From: Octopus vulgaris
Lineage: Eukaryota
DNA length: 64,000 nucleotides
NCBI GenBank assembly: GCA_951406725.2
Contig: OX597821.1
Span: 24,862,001-24,926,000, forward strand
Direction: 5' to 3'
Made by a program: the position numbers and the translations under genes. Below, in pieces: positions 40,451 through 53,539 of this stretch (the first letter of the stretch is position 1; each line of letters opens with the position of its first letter). The notes beneath the pieces are model-generated. The model made no database searches, was not told where the DNA came from, and worked only from the letters and a program-made list of their open reading frames with translations.

Positions 40451-40804
40451 CAATAAATAGATGTTTAGCTGATAGATGTCTTGACAAAATTTTCATATTT
40501 TATTTTTAATCAATGAGTGAACTTTTCTTGTGACAACCAGTAAAATAGTGAGTGTGATTTAATCATTTCTGTGTCTTTACCAATCTCAATACAAAATATG
40601 GTCTTGAATCTTGATGAAAACAAATCAGTTGTCAATAAACTTACTTAGGCTATTCAGCAGTGATAACTGATAAGAGTAGTTCTAACAATAACCATCCTTT
40701 GGAGACAGTACCAGATAACTGGAAACTTACCTAACAGAGAGCTGATTATGTTGTTAAACTTTACAAATCATTTTTCTTTTTCTTCCTTTTCCAGCACAGC
40801 AGCA

Positions 40805-40903
40805 ATGGAGGAGTCAGCAGACCTTGTCTTCAACTCTCAGAATATAATGAGTTTCAAATCTTCAGAGTATGACATCAATGACTTTTTAGAAAGTTTTAAT
40901 CAG
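40805..40903 (+). CDS. SYCP2: SYCP2-like gene, putative first coding exon (MEESADLVFNSQNIMSFKSSEYDINDFLESFNQ)
   Basis: Strong polypyrimidine acceptor (..TTTTCCAG 40794), ATG at 40805, donor CAG|GTAAAG at phase 0 matching the next exon. Homology is weak, so membership in the gene is inferred from position and phase. Confidence 0.55.
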
Positions 40904-41261
40904 GTAAAGACTGTTATACATTTTGTAGAATTTTTCATGCAACCAGTGTTTTGTTCCCCCCACCTCCAATCAGTCAATAGCTGAATCTTTGTCCCTGTGA
41001 TACTATTGGATGTATCATGGTAATGTAATGAGTTTATCGTTTATATAGTGCTTATATCATCATCAAAATTTTAAATGTTCTTTTACTCCATACTGACGTT
41101 GGTTGGATGTGTCTACAGTACAGTATATGACCATAAGCACAAGCATAACCATCAACTACCAATATCTGTTTGTGTAGGTTTTTGTTGGCTGCTACTTGGT
41201 AGACAAACTCTCTCTCCCCCCTCTCTCTCTTACTCTCTCTCTGACATGTGTGTGTATATCC

Positions 41262-43007
41262 GGTAATGGAAGTCACAGAGAGGTTCATAGCCCAACTAAT
41301 TAGGAAGAGAGTTTGGTTTTGTGCCAGGGAGAAGCACCACTGATGCTATATTCCTGGTAATGCAGCTACAGGAGAAGTACCAAGCCAAAAATAAGCCCCT
41401 GCACTTGGCTTTTGTTGATGTGGAGAAAGCCTTTGACAGAGTCCCCTGCTCCCTTATCTGGTGGTCAATGTGGAAACTAAGGATAGATGAGTGGTTGGTG
41501 AGAGCTGTACAAGCCATGTACAGGGATGCTGTCAGTAAGGTGAGGGTCAGCAATGAGTATAGCAATGAATTCAGGGTACAAGAAGAAGTTTACCTAGGAT
41601 CAGTCCTCAGCCTCCTCTTGTTCATCATAGTCCTTCATGTAATAATGGAGAAATTTAAGTTGGGCTGCCCCTGGGAGCTCCTCTATGCTGATGACCTTGT
41701 TATTATAGCTGATTCACTACCAGAACTAGAGAAGAAATTCCAGATGTGGAAGCAAGATCTAGAATCAAAGGGCCTTGGTGTGTATTTAACACAAACCAAA
41801 GTCTTAGTAAGTAGGAAAGCGAATAAGTCACAAATCCTTTTAGGTAGATAACCCTACTCAGTATGTAGAAAAACCATAGGTAGAAACTCCATAAGCTGTA
41901 CTTGGTACAAGTTATGGACACATAAGAGGTGCAACAATATTGGAGGAAGGTTAACAAGAAAAATTGTCTTTGTGTGGCAGATGCACAGGTACAATAAACA
42001 CTAGAAATGTAAAGAAAATAGACTCCATCAAATGCCAGAGGGGATACCTATAAGAAGTAGTTGATAGCTTTCATTATCTAGGTGACCAAGTCAGCAGTGG
42101 AGATTGATGCTCCAAGACTGTAGCTGCTAGAATAAGAATAGGCTGAGCAAAGTTCAGAGAGTTTCTATGTTTGTTAGTAACAAAGGGCCTCTCTCTCAGA
42201 ATAAAAGGCAGGCTGTATGTTGCCTGTGTGTGAACAGCCATGCTCCATGGCAGTGAAATGTGGGCTGTGAAAGAAATGAAGCTAGTATGCTTTGCTGGAT
42301 GTGCAATGTCAGTGTGCATAAGCAACAGAGCGTGACTTGAGAAAAAAACTGGGCATAAGAGGCATCAGGTGTGATGTACAAGAGAGATGAATGTGCTGGT
42401 ATGGTCATGTGATGCATATGGATAAGAACAGATGTGCAAAGAAGTGCTGATCTTTAACTGTGGAGGGAACCTGTGGAAGAGGTAGACCCAAGAAGATGTA
42501 AGATGAGGTGGTCAAGCATGATCTTTGAATGTTGGGCCTAATGGAGGCGATGATGAATGACTGCGACATTTGGTGATATGCTGTGCTTGAAGAGCTGTGG
42601 CTATAAGAGTTGTGTCATGTAAATGGCGCCTGTGAAATCGTAATCATGACCATTGCTTGTAGCATGATCTTCAAATGGTGGCCCTCACAGAGACGATGAC
42701 AAGTGACCAAGACCTTGACAATATGTTGTGCTTGAGAAGACTCATCAAACCAAGTGAAACTGTAGTCATGGCTATTGCCAGTATCATATAAATGGCACCC
42801 ATGAAATTCTAGTTGTGGCCATTGCTGGTGCATGTAAAAAGCACCCATTATACTCTTCAAGTGGTTGGCGGTAGAAAGGGCATCCAGCAGTAGAAACCAT
42901 GCCAAATCACACTGAAACCTTGTGCAGCTCTCCAGCTTACTAGTTCCAGTTAAACCATCTAACCCATGCCAGTATGGAAAGCAAACATTAGATGATGATG
43001 ATGATGA
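41262..43007 (+). mobile_element. 5'-truncated RTE LINE (family of 7810-9897) in an SYCP2 intron
   Basis: PGRSTTDAIF..AFVDVEKAFDRV..GSVLSLLLF..LYADDL; ends in (GAT)n. Confidence 0.92.
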
Positions 43008-45404
43008 TTCACACGAAGGATGAGTATAAGTAAAACTCTTACATTGCTTTCATTTTTTTACCTGTTAGTTAAACTTACCCATTCAATAAATAGAGTTTAG
43101 TGTAATAAGTACAAAAGCAAAATATGATGGACTAAAACCTTTGAAGATGGTGCCTCAGTATGCTTCAGTCCAGTAGTAGAAATCGGTAAAAGTGTAAACA
43201 GAGTATTCTTCTTGATCATGTCATTTCATCTGTGGGGGTCAACATCTTGAGATCTACTTTGAAAATGCCCAGTCAACAATGCAGAGAAGTGTAAACTTGT
43301 TTTTGTATTCCCACCAGTTCTGGAATATTCTCAAAAGCAACAACATGAGAATATGAATATTTCTTTGTATTATGTTTGTATATTAACAGTATCAGGGCAA
43401 GTCAACTAATATGACATGCTACAGATTACCTAGCTACGAGGAATAGGTATATCATATCAGCCTTGATTGGGTACAGATATATCATCTAAGACATTCTAAT
43501 TGTAACACCTGCTCTTATTTACATTGAAGTGAACTGATATATCTTTTTTTAAAGATAGATGGGTGTAATTTGAGAACAATCTATCTGCTAACAAATTGAG
43601 CGACTCCATAGAGGCTTTCTCATAAAATTAATAAATTCCACAATGTTCTACATCTGAAAATGTTACCTATCTAAAAGATAGAGATTATCTTTTGCCTGTT
43701 TACTTTCTCCAGGGCCTTTAGAGATGTATTTACAGTTATTTCATAATACAAACAAATGTTCATGTTGTTGCTTTTGAGAATATTCCAGAACTTATGCTCT
43801 CAAAACCAATGTATAGTATATTTCCCTTTACAAGTTTTACATTGAGCTGGTTTTCATTTCATTTGATATGAATGCATGTTCTTGGTTTGTCATTCCAGAG
43901 AAAATAGGCATTTAATGACAATCAGTTTTATTTTTGCCATTCAGTGTTTGTGAACTTCTATAAATAATAGCTGTTGCTTATAACTTTACTTTGTGTAAAT
44001 TGATGAGTCAACTTCAGGGTCTTTGTATGCCATCAGTTACCAGCATCTGTCAATTACTTGAGAACCATACATCTTTAGTTTATGATTTCAGCCAACTATA
44101 ATAGATTGAGATGGAATTCTGTCATGATCGAGTTACCAGTGCCTAAATGAGAGACAGACAGAAAAGCCTTGATATTTATATAAAAAATTTTATTGGTGTG
44201 AACATGCTGTCTTTAAGATAGCATGTTTTGCATTGATTCGATATCATTGTGACATATATTCTTATAGTGTATATTCATAAGTATGCATATGGCATGCATG
44301 TGAGAAGAATACTGGCAAGACATACAACATGGATGAAGGTCAAACCTCAGTAATGGAAAACATAAAGAAGAGCAATAAGATGAAATGCAATTATGTTAGA
44401 AAGAATGGGCATTTATAAAGTAATGAAAAATTACAGCTTAAATGCTGCCAATTAATTTACATATATATATATATACATGCACACACACACATTGATGCAT
44501 TTTTAATGCAGTTAGTATTTATTACTAAATTCATTATCATCATATACTTTTATACTGTCTTTGTATATGTATAGTGAAAAACTATGCCCAACTCATATCA
44601 TTGTCACCCTTTTGATGCAAACCAAACGAAAGAAGTATATTGTTTGTTTGTATATAACATGCAGTCATATAATCAAACATTGTTATACAAAATGAAAGTG
44701 AAGTGAAGCAAGCCAATATGTAGATATTTAATAGCAATGTAAACTTAGTATTGTTAAAGCTATGAAATATTAATTCTTGGAAGAATGCCTGCAAAAAATG
44801 CAAAATTTAAAGCTTCAATATGAAATATTGCAAAGTAGTTGTTAATAGAACATACATTTAATATTAAAAAATAACAATCAACAAATGAAGAATATTAACT
44901 GAATAAAAAGAAAGTGGAACATAAGTTGTAATAATATAAATGAATCCTACTACCAAAAAGTTTTCAACACAAAATTTGTCAATAACTAAAACAGGCTTAA
45001 AACAAAATATTATTGGTATTAAAGAAGCAAGAAGAAAGCACAGTTAATGATAATAAATATGTAAGTAAAAAGCAATGAAAATTTTTTAATGGCTTATATC
45101 ACACACAATTAGCAAATGAAGTTGTAGAGATATTTGAGCCTGCAGTGTTTTTCCTAGTAGAAATTTAAATGAGAAGTTACTTTTGTTTGCAATTGTGCAT
45201 AAACTGTAGTCTTGACATGAACACTTCACTCTGGTGGGGGACAATATAAAAGAGGCCACAGCATATCATTGCGCATGCATTACCAAAAATAATGTGCATT
45301 TTAAAAAAATAATATTGAAGATACAATTGCTCACTCAACATTAATAATGCTTTCATATCTTATATTACAGATGCATGTTAGAAGTACATATTTATTATTT
45401 TCAG

Positions 45405-45539
45405 GGAATTTTCCAGAAAACATTGCAGTATCAGACATGTTTAAAGCAGCTAACTCATGTATTTTCCTGGTTACTGGGTGAACTAGAAGAAAACCCTTCT
45501 GTTATTCCAGATTTGATATCACAAGGAATTCTTGATCTG
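45405..45539 (+). CDS. SYCP2: SYCP2-like exon (GIFQK..LISQGILDL); 3' boundary non-canonical
   Basis: Acceptor TTTTCAG at phase 0. LISQGILDL resembles vertebrate SYCP2 MIKQGLIQK (recalled). Followed by ATAAGT rather than GTAAGT. Confidence 0.65.
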
Positions 45540-47086
45540 ATAAGTCATAAAACTTTTTTTCTTATTAAATAACATATTTTCAAAAACTTCTGTAACTTTG
45601 TCCTGTGTGTTGTTCATTCTCTTTCCGATGAGCCTTTGCAGCGTAAATGAAGTGAATTTTATTCAAGAGTCAATCAAAATCTGCTTGTAAACTTGGTTTG
45701 CTAAGGAATTACAGCATTAATGGAAAATTAGTTAACAAACTTAGTTGTGATTTGAAATAAAATTTTAGCTACTCCATGTACTGGCAAGTTATCTATTATT
45801 TTCTTTCTGACTCTTATTAAGAGATTATTTTATTGGAGTAAAATTTTATTTTTATTAGATGCTGATTAAATATGGGATCTAGACTTGTGAAAAAAAGACA
45901 CTGGTCAAATAATTTAATCTCTTCAACTTCATATTTACTATAAGTTATATGTTTTCCTTATATTTTCATATAGAGAGTCACTATTGATCTAGCAATCCTA
46001 TTTGATTCTCTTTCTGCTTTCTTTCTATCATCTCCAGAACTACAACTCTTTATCTATATTTTCTGTACAGCCGTCAATCTATGTCAACATCACCACTTTG
46101 GGACAGTCTGCAAACTCACCAAACACTTACTAGGACTAAATACTGATTTACAACTCAGTATCTAAGATTTAGAAAACTTAAGAAATTTTTTTCATTTATC
46201 ACATTAAGATAAATAGAAGTATTAATTATTGAAGTATACAACCATGAATGATAAATTGTACAAATTTGAGAGAAAATGACTAGATATAAAGACAAGGAAC
46301 TCATATATTATTACTGTCCAAAAAGAAAGATAGAAAAAACCAAATTTCTTGGTTGACCAAGCTAGAATACAGAGGGATTGACTTAACCCTCCTTTGTTAG
46401 ACAAATCTCTAAAACATGCAAGTATATGAAATGGAGTGAAGGTCATATGTGAATAGAAAGGAAAATAGTAGAGGAATTAATAACAGTAATATAAGATAAA
46501 ATTTTATAACATTTATCTATTGTCAGTAGCAGCTATTAAACATCCTTCTTTCTTTATAAGCATGTTAGATATTGCTACATACAATACAGTATGTCTCTGT
46601 ATATTTTGTTCATTTATCATCTTACCTGTGTAAAACAATGCTTTTCCATCTACTCTGATTATTTTATCTCTTCTTTTCTTCACTCTGTAGTAGAGGAGCC
46701 TTCCAACAGCAAATCTTGACTTCGTTTAAAAACATTTTTTTTTATCAAAAATTTATTATCTGATTACATTACTTACTTGATTATCATCTCATATTACATT
46801 GTCATATTTTTTTCATTTATTAATTAATATTTCTCTTGCATACATTAACTAATATCATATCTCCTACATACATTATCCAAAATGCTAAATGTTTATTTAT
46901 TATTTCAATAATTTTGTGTATATATCACATATGGTCCTCTATGTTCATTGTATGTTTCATTCATGCATCTTATACACACCTCATATACTTCTTAAATGAG
47001 AAATTATTTGTTGTCTGCCATTGGTTCATGAGCAGTTCATTATATAACATAAATAAAAAGAAGCTACTTTATCTAAACCATACCAA

Positions 47087-47752
47087 AAGATGGCTTCTAG
47101 AAGTAATGTTTCATTATTGTTTATATTGTCTCCAGTCATGTGAAAGTTTGATCAAAACATATCCCTATAATCTTCTTTACTCTTTAAAATGAGTGAACCT
47201 AAACAAATTGATATTGTATAAATTGTGACTAAGAAGTAAACCACTTTCAAACTGAGTTTGCAATCCCATTTTCAATAGATATCACAAAAAATTGCCACTT
47301 TTCCACAGACAGAAGGATTGCCTGTTCATAAGTATTATGATTACATAGAATATACAAGCATTTGATGATTGAGTTTGTTTTCTTTCATTATTATATTTTG
47401 TTTGATATTCATGGCACTTTGGATGGAAAAGATTGTGTATATTGAGATAGTTAAGTATTGCTGGATTGTTTTGTTTTATATATATATATATATATCAATC
47501 ATCAAATGCTTGTATATTCTATGTAATCATAATACTTATGAACAGGCAATTTTTTGTGATATCTATTGAAAATGGGATTGCAAACTCAGTTTGAAAGTGG
47601 TTTACTTCTTAGTCACAATTTATACAATATCAATTTGTTTAGGTTCACTCATTTTAAAGAGTAAAGAAGAGTAGGGATATGTTTTGATCAAACTTTCACA
47701 TGACTGGAGACAATATAAACAATAATGACACATTACTTCTAGAAGCCATCTT
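47087..47752. repeat. Near-perfect inverted duplication (47087-47372 vs 47495-47752)
   Basis: Long runs of exact reverse complementarity. The right arm lacks a ~27-bp segment bounded by ATTGCC repeats and is flanked by (TA)n. Confidence 0.93.
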
Positions 47753-47761
47753 CTATTATAC

Positions 47762-47794
<33 letters not shown>

Positions 47795-47824
47795 TGATGC
47801 TCTTCATATTACTGTCAAAGCAAA

Positions 47825-48052
47825 GGTGGTGAGCTGTCAGAATCATTAGCATACCGGACAGAATGCTTAGCAGCATTTTTTCCACTAAGTGTATTGTCTG
47901 GCTTTACATTCTGCATTCAAATTCCATCAATGTTGACATGGCCTTTCATCTATTTGGGGGTCATCAAAATAAATACTAGTTGAACACTAAATTGATGCAA
48001 TCAACTAAAACCCATCCTTTAAAATTGCTGGCCTTGTGCCAAAATTTGAAAC
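47825..48052 (+). mobile_element. Nin/Deu-domain SINE
   Basis: GGTGGTGAGCTGTCAGAATCATTAGC..GCCTTTCATCTATTTGGGGGTC. Confidence 0.75.
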
Positions 48053-48259
48053 AATAGTACTGTCAACACAACTGTGAAGTAAGAGGAGAATTAGCTTTCT
48101 GGTAATAGGGTTTTAACAGTGACTGTAATAAGATTGTGAAATCATGCCTGTGTGATCAACCATTCAGTACCTTAACTTTAGTTTTAACTACGTATCGTAA
48201 AGAAAGAAATTGTTAATCCTCAATGTCAATGCATAATAATGTTTTTATTTCAATTTTAA

Positions 48260-48358
48260 TGTTCAGATTTTATTACAATTTTTGTTGAACTGTCTGAGGA
48301 GCAAAAGCTGAACCCTTTGTCTTTGCCAGTATTTGAACTTACTTTGGAGATTGTAATT
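48260..48358 (+). CDS. SYCP2: SYCP2-like exon (CSDFITIFVELSEEQKLNPLSLPVFELTLEIVI); 5' boundary uncertain (48260 after AA, or 48267 after AG)
   Basis: Open frame ending at a perfect donor ATT|GTAAGT at phase 0, matching the next exon. T-rich tract upstream. Confidence 0.6.
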
Positions 48359-49914
48359 GTAAGTATTTTTGGAGTGAATTTTATTTGTATCAGCCAGTTA
48401 TTGACACTTGAAATATACCGTATAATTCTGTTAAAAGAATTTCATTTTGTTTATTTGATTATAGTGAATTACTTTTAAACAGTATGTATATATGTAACAC
48501 TTTTGTAGTTTGTGCATATATGTTCACTGTGTTGGCAACTTTTTATATCGGGCCTTGTTTTACATGCTACAGAAATGTAATCAAAACTCTGGCAAGATTT
48601 GAACTCACTGAACATTTCATAATTCATTCATCTTTCTACCCACTTCATACATACTGGACATTTTGTTCAAGGAATATATTTTAAGAATTTAAGGAATAGA
48701 TGGCACTTTTAAAGAATATTTAGACAATATTACAATTTTTCTCTGTGGATTATGGCATAACTTATTATAATTTATTATGTGTAGGTTTGTTCAAACATCA
48801 GGTAACAAATTCTGACCAACTGAGTCACCAATGTTTGGACATTAATGGATTGTCTATAGGGATAACCACAAAAATGAGTTATGTAAAATTGTTCTTTTTT
48901 ATTTCCTATATATCAACAAAAATTAGTCCTCTTCCAATCTCATTGGTAAACTAACTATGATAATTATGCAGCACTTGATTTATGGCTACAAATTTCTGCA
49001 TATAACATAACAGATCTTAATTTATATCAGTCATGACAAGTTTACTTACGTGTATTTGTGAGAATACTTAATTTTGTGTTTTACAAAATCAATCATCTAA
49101 TGTCTCACAGAAATGTATATACAAATTTTCTTGTGTTGCAATTCAATAGTATTTTACAATTGTGTGCAAGCAGATAAATGGTTATCAGTGAAGAGAAAAA
49201 TCAGATAATATGCATAGATTTAAACTGGTAGAAATTATTCTGTTGAGGCTAGACCAAGGCTAACATTTCACTGGGAGAGGGAGAGAGAGAAAGAGGAAGC
49301 CAGTAGTTTATTTCTCTTCAAATACCACAATGTGACTAAATGGATTATCAGTTTCTACTTGGCTAAAATAACAGTAAACTATTTCTTTTACATGAAGCCA
49401 CTATATATATATAAAATTTTGAAGATTGTTTGAGGTTAAAACTCAAATTTATAAAAATACATAATGAGGAACTAGATTTTTGCAATTTCAAATCCCTTTA
49501 GGGTCTTAATAGGTCAGTTACACTTTTAACATACCCCCTGAGTCGAAAATCAAATGTTTTGTTGATATTGTCAGATCATGCATACATTTTATTATGCTCA
49601 TTATAGAATGTCTATTCACATAAAATTTACTTTCAAAAAGCTATAACATATATTGTATAAGCTGAAGTGAGTCTGAAGGGACAGAAAATTACGATAGTTT
49701 TTTCCTTGCCACATGTTATTATGATTCATTGAGATATTTGACACTTCTTTGCTGAAGTTTTTTTTTTTTTTATGTTTGAAAAATATGCTTTTACTTTGTA
49801 AAAGCTTATTTTTCATTTAGGGAAGGGCTAACAAGGAAAATTAAAGGACATATTTGCCAGGAATGTTACTAGAAGTGAAGCCTAAGATTCAGTCTCCAGT
49901 GATGCATCGGAGAT

Positions 49915-50053
49915 GGTGATGATAGTAGTAGTAGTGGTGGTGGTGGCAGCAGTGGTGGTGGTGGTGGTGGTGGTGACAGCAGTAGTGGTGGTGGTGGTGG
50001 TTACAACAGTAGTGGTGGTGGTGGTGGTTACAACAGTAGTGGTGGTGGTGGTG

Positions 50054-50085
<32 letters not shown>
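49915..50085. repeat. Compound (GTG/GTA/GCA)n trinucleotide microsatellite
   Basis: Seen directly. Confidence 0.9.
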
Positions 50086-50322
50086 TGGAACAACATCAAT
50101 AATATAATGATGGTGCTAATGTGTTAATGTGTATATATGTAATTGAAGCCGCCTTCCTATCACCCTCCGTAAGTAAGCCAAAACTCACATTGTCTCTCTG
50201 AAGGTAAACAATGAACTAACAAGCCTGTTACTTCAGCTATCCACTCTGGGGATACCTAAGAGAAACTGTAAGAAAAACAGAAAGGGGAGGAAGAAGTGTT
50301 CATTGGCAGATACATTTGTTAA

Positions 50323-50543
50323 CCCTTTCGTTACCAACATGGCTGAAACCGGCTCTGGCTTTGTAGTACAAATGTCTTGTTTTCATAAGTTCTGAATTAA
50401 AATCTTCCACCAAACCTTAGTCACAATTTACGTTCCTAACACTAACTTAATGATAACCAAGTTATTTTACTAAATTCTTTGTTATATTTAAAATAATTGA
50501 AAAAAACACAGAGCATCTCAAAATAAATACGGTAATGAAAGGG
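50323..50543. mobile_element. piggyBac-type MITE
   Basis: TTAA-CCCTTTCGTTACC .. GGTAATGAAAGGG terminal inverted repeats; the right TTAA is absent. Confidence 0.7.
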
Positions 50544-51009
50544 AGAGAGTTGACATATGGGCTGGCTACTCAACTTGCTGAAAATAGCAATCAAAACTCT
50601 AATAAATCCTACTCTATAGTTTTAAATAAATGCTATATTGAACAATTGTTCTTGATATACAGTTTTATTTAACTACAACTTATCTGGGAAAACAACAACA
50701 AAGCTTACTTCAAACCAAGAAAGCAAGGTCTTTGTGTGGATGCTTGACCTGCTAGAAAGAGTTGGCAAATTCCTACAAATCATACTCTACTGTCTTAAAT
50801 TAGTGAAGAAAACATTAGAAAACAGTCTATATGTACAAACAGATAAGGACTCTAGGATTTGATTTTCTGCTAGTAATAATAATATCAAAGTTTTGCAATA
50901 TTTTGGTAACTTATTTGCTTTATTCATCAAGTTACAACAAAAGCAGTCTAGCATTCAAAGTAGAGGCCATTGTGTTATATCATCTGAAGTCACCTTTCTG
51001 CCAGTTCTT

Positions 51010-51721
51010 TGATCCCACGTTGATGCCAGCTGTCATTTAAAGAAAGAACTCTTACTAAAGCTTTCACCTCCACTTGGTTGACGAAATGTTGCAAGTACAG
51101 GAAATGAACCATGGATTGGAGCAAGTAATAATCTGAGGGAGGTATTTTTCCACAACCATAACATGCATAAGGGCCTACTTCTGGAACCTGTCACCAAACA
51201 TGGGTGTTTTGAACTCAAGGTGATGCTTTGTGTTTGGTGGAATTACAAGGAGATAATTCACTATGGTCAAACTATTGATACTCCAAACAGGTGAAGCAGA
51301 TTTATGCTCCTGCAGGGAAAAAATACCCAGCATTGGTTAACAGAAAGCAATAAGACAAGTAATAAGATAAGCAGTAAGACAACACAAGACCTCACATCAC
51401 TCAAATGACACAGAATAAAATCTAGGAACATGAGGGAATTGAACTGATGCTATACCCAGCATATAGTCCGGAAGTATCTCCCTCAGATTATTACTTGTTC
51501 CAATTTGTGGTTCACTTCTTGTGCTTGTGACACTTAGTCAATCGAGTGGGAGTGAAAACTTCAGTGGACAAGAAATGGGATCAAAGAATTGGCAGAAAGG
51601 TGGCTTCAGATGGTGCAATATGATGGCCTCTACTTTGAATGCTAGGCTGCTTTTGTTGTTACTTGATGAATAAAGCAAATAGGTTACCAAAATATTGCAA
51701 AACTTTTGACTCAACACAATA
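51010..51721 (+). mobile_element. Degenerate mariner (family of 27035)
   Basis: KVMLCVWWNYKEIIHY, YPAYSPEVSPSDYYLF; terminus AAAACTTTTGACTCAACACAATA. Confidence 0.8.
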
Positions 51722-52148
51722 ACTCTTATTAATTTATGTTTTAATACTAGAAACTCTGCACAACTAAGAATGATTACATGTCATAATAGATTATCATATA
51801 AAAAGTTAAGCAATTAAATAATAATCTATTATTGAAGTATCATATTTGTTCATTAGCAGTGGCATTATATGTTCTCTATTCCATGATAGCATGGGTTGGA
51901 TGGTTTTTCTGAGGCAGTGTTTTTCAGCTGGATGCCCTTGTCACCACACTTTTAAGTCACATCTTATGACATGCAAGGATGTGGTGTAGCTATTTTGCCA
52001 AGATTTACATAGCATTATTTTCAATATTATCAATGTATACTGATGCTTTATGAGTTCAAAACTTGTGAGAGTCTACTTTGTCTTTATCCTGGTTGATAGA
52101 ATAAGTACCAGTATTATTTCCTTCCTTTACAAGAAAAAATATAATTGT

Positions 52149-52449
52149 TAGAGTGGTTGTATACTGTCAACTTAACGTGACAGTCCCGTATGGGAATTAC
52201 ACCACTGCTGTTTAGCCCTAGGAAGCATCAAACGCTTCCTGTCGTCTTTGACATATTTTCTGTGTCCTTATATTTGTGAAGGGGAGGCAAGCACCCCTAC
52301 CAGCCAAGATTCACACCTTCACAAATATAAGGACACAGAAAATGTGTCAAAGCCAACAGGAAGCATTCAATGCTTCCTAGGGCTAAACAGCGGTGGTGTA
52401 ATTCCCATACGGGACTGTCACGTTAAGTTGACAGTATACAACCACTCTA
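52149..52449. mobile_element. Palindromic MITE/foldback element (~134-bp arms, 33-nt loop)
   Basis: 52149-52282 is an almost exact reverse complement of 52316-52449. TA at both ends. Confidence 0.88.
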
Positions 52450-52787
52450 TCGCTCCATCACCGCTCATGTCTCTTTGAGACATTTAGAAATTTAATATTT
52501 CTGATTAATATAATTGTTATTATGTTTTTATTACAACAATTTGTATACTAAATTTAATAAATTATGAATAGCTGATGATAGAATTCTGTTCTCAGTATTT
52601 TGTACTAATTAGTTGTTTGTTATTGTGTGTATGTATGTACATACATAGACAGTATTTAGTCAGTTGATGAAAATTCTGTGATTCTGAATGAAAGTGCCCA
52701 AAGATATCATATACAATACACACACACATACAAATGCAATGTTTCTATGTATGCATGCATGCATATATATATATATATATATATTTA

Positions 52788-53300
52788 TCATCATCATCAT
52801 CGTTTAACGTCCGCTTTCCATGCTAGCATGAGTTGGACGATTTGACTGAGGACTGGCAAACCAGATGGCTGCACCAAGCTCCAATCTTGATCTGGCAGAG
52901 TTTCTACAGCTGGATGCCCTTCCTAACACCAACCACTCCGAGAGTGTAGTGGGTGCTTTTACGTGCCACCGGCACAAGAGCCAGTCAAGTGGTACTGGCA
53001 ACAGCCACGCCCAAATGGTGTTTTATTTTTTTTTTATGTGCCACCTGCACACGGTCACAAGTGCCACTAAGGTGACACTGGTAACAATCATGCTCGAATG
53101 GTGCTTTTTACGTGCCACTAGCACGGATGTCAGTTAGCCACTCTGGTAACAATCACACTCGGATGGTGCTCTTAGTGCTCCACTAGCACGGATGCCAATC
53201 ATCGAATTTGATTTCGATTTCACTTGCCTCAACAGGTCTTCGCAAGCAGTGTCCAATGAAGGGAAGGTACGCACAAGTGGGCTGGTTACACCCCTGGCAT
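52788..53300 (-). mobile_element. RTE 3' UTR fragment
   Basis: (ATC)n, then the reverse complement of ~9350-9890. Confidence 0.85.
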
Positions 53301-53514
53301 ATGCATGCTTACATAGAAACATTGTTTTAAGTTTTGACACATAATACCAAATAACAGATGTGTGTTTGTGAATATATATAAAACCAAATACATTCACACA
53401 TAATTTGAAATTATTTCTTGCATTAATTAAATTATATATTATATATCAACATTGATTATATCATCATCTGTATTATTTTATTGTGTGAAAGATAACTGGG
53501 TTTTACATTTTCAG

Positions 53515-53539
53515 GTTATTGCTAATACAAGTGCTGAAA
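53515..53539 (+). CDS. SYCP2: SYCP2-like 25-nt micro-exon (VIANTSAE)
   Basis: TTTTCAG|GTT..GAA A|GTAAGC, phase 0 to 1. Resembles vertebrate VIHDVSDEG (recalled). Confidence 0.75.

Noticed and set aside
49913-50107. Poly-Val/Ala ORF
   Set aside because: Translation of a trinucleotide microsatellite.
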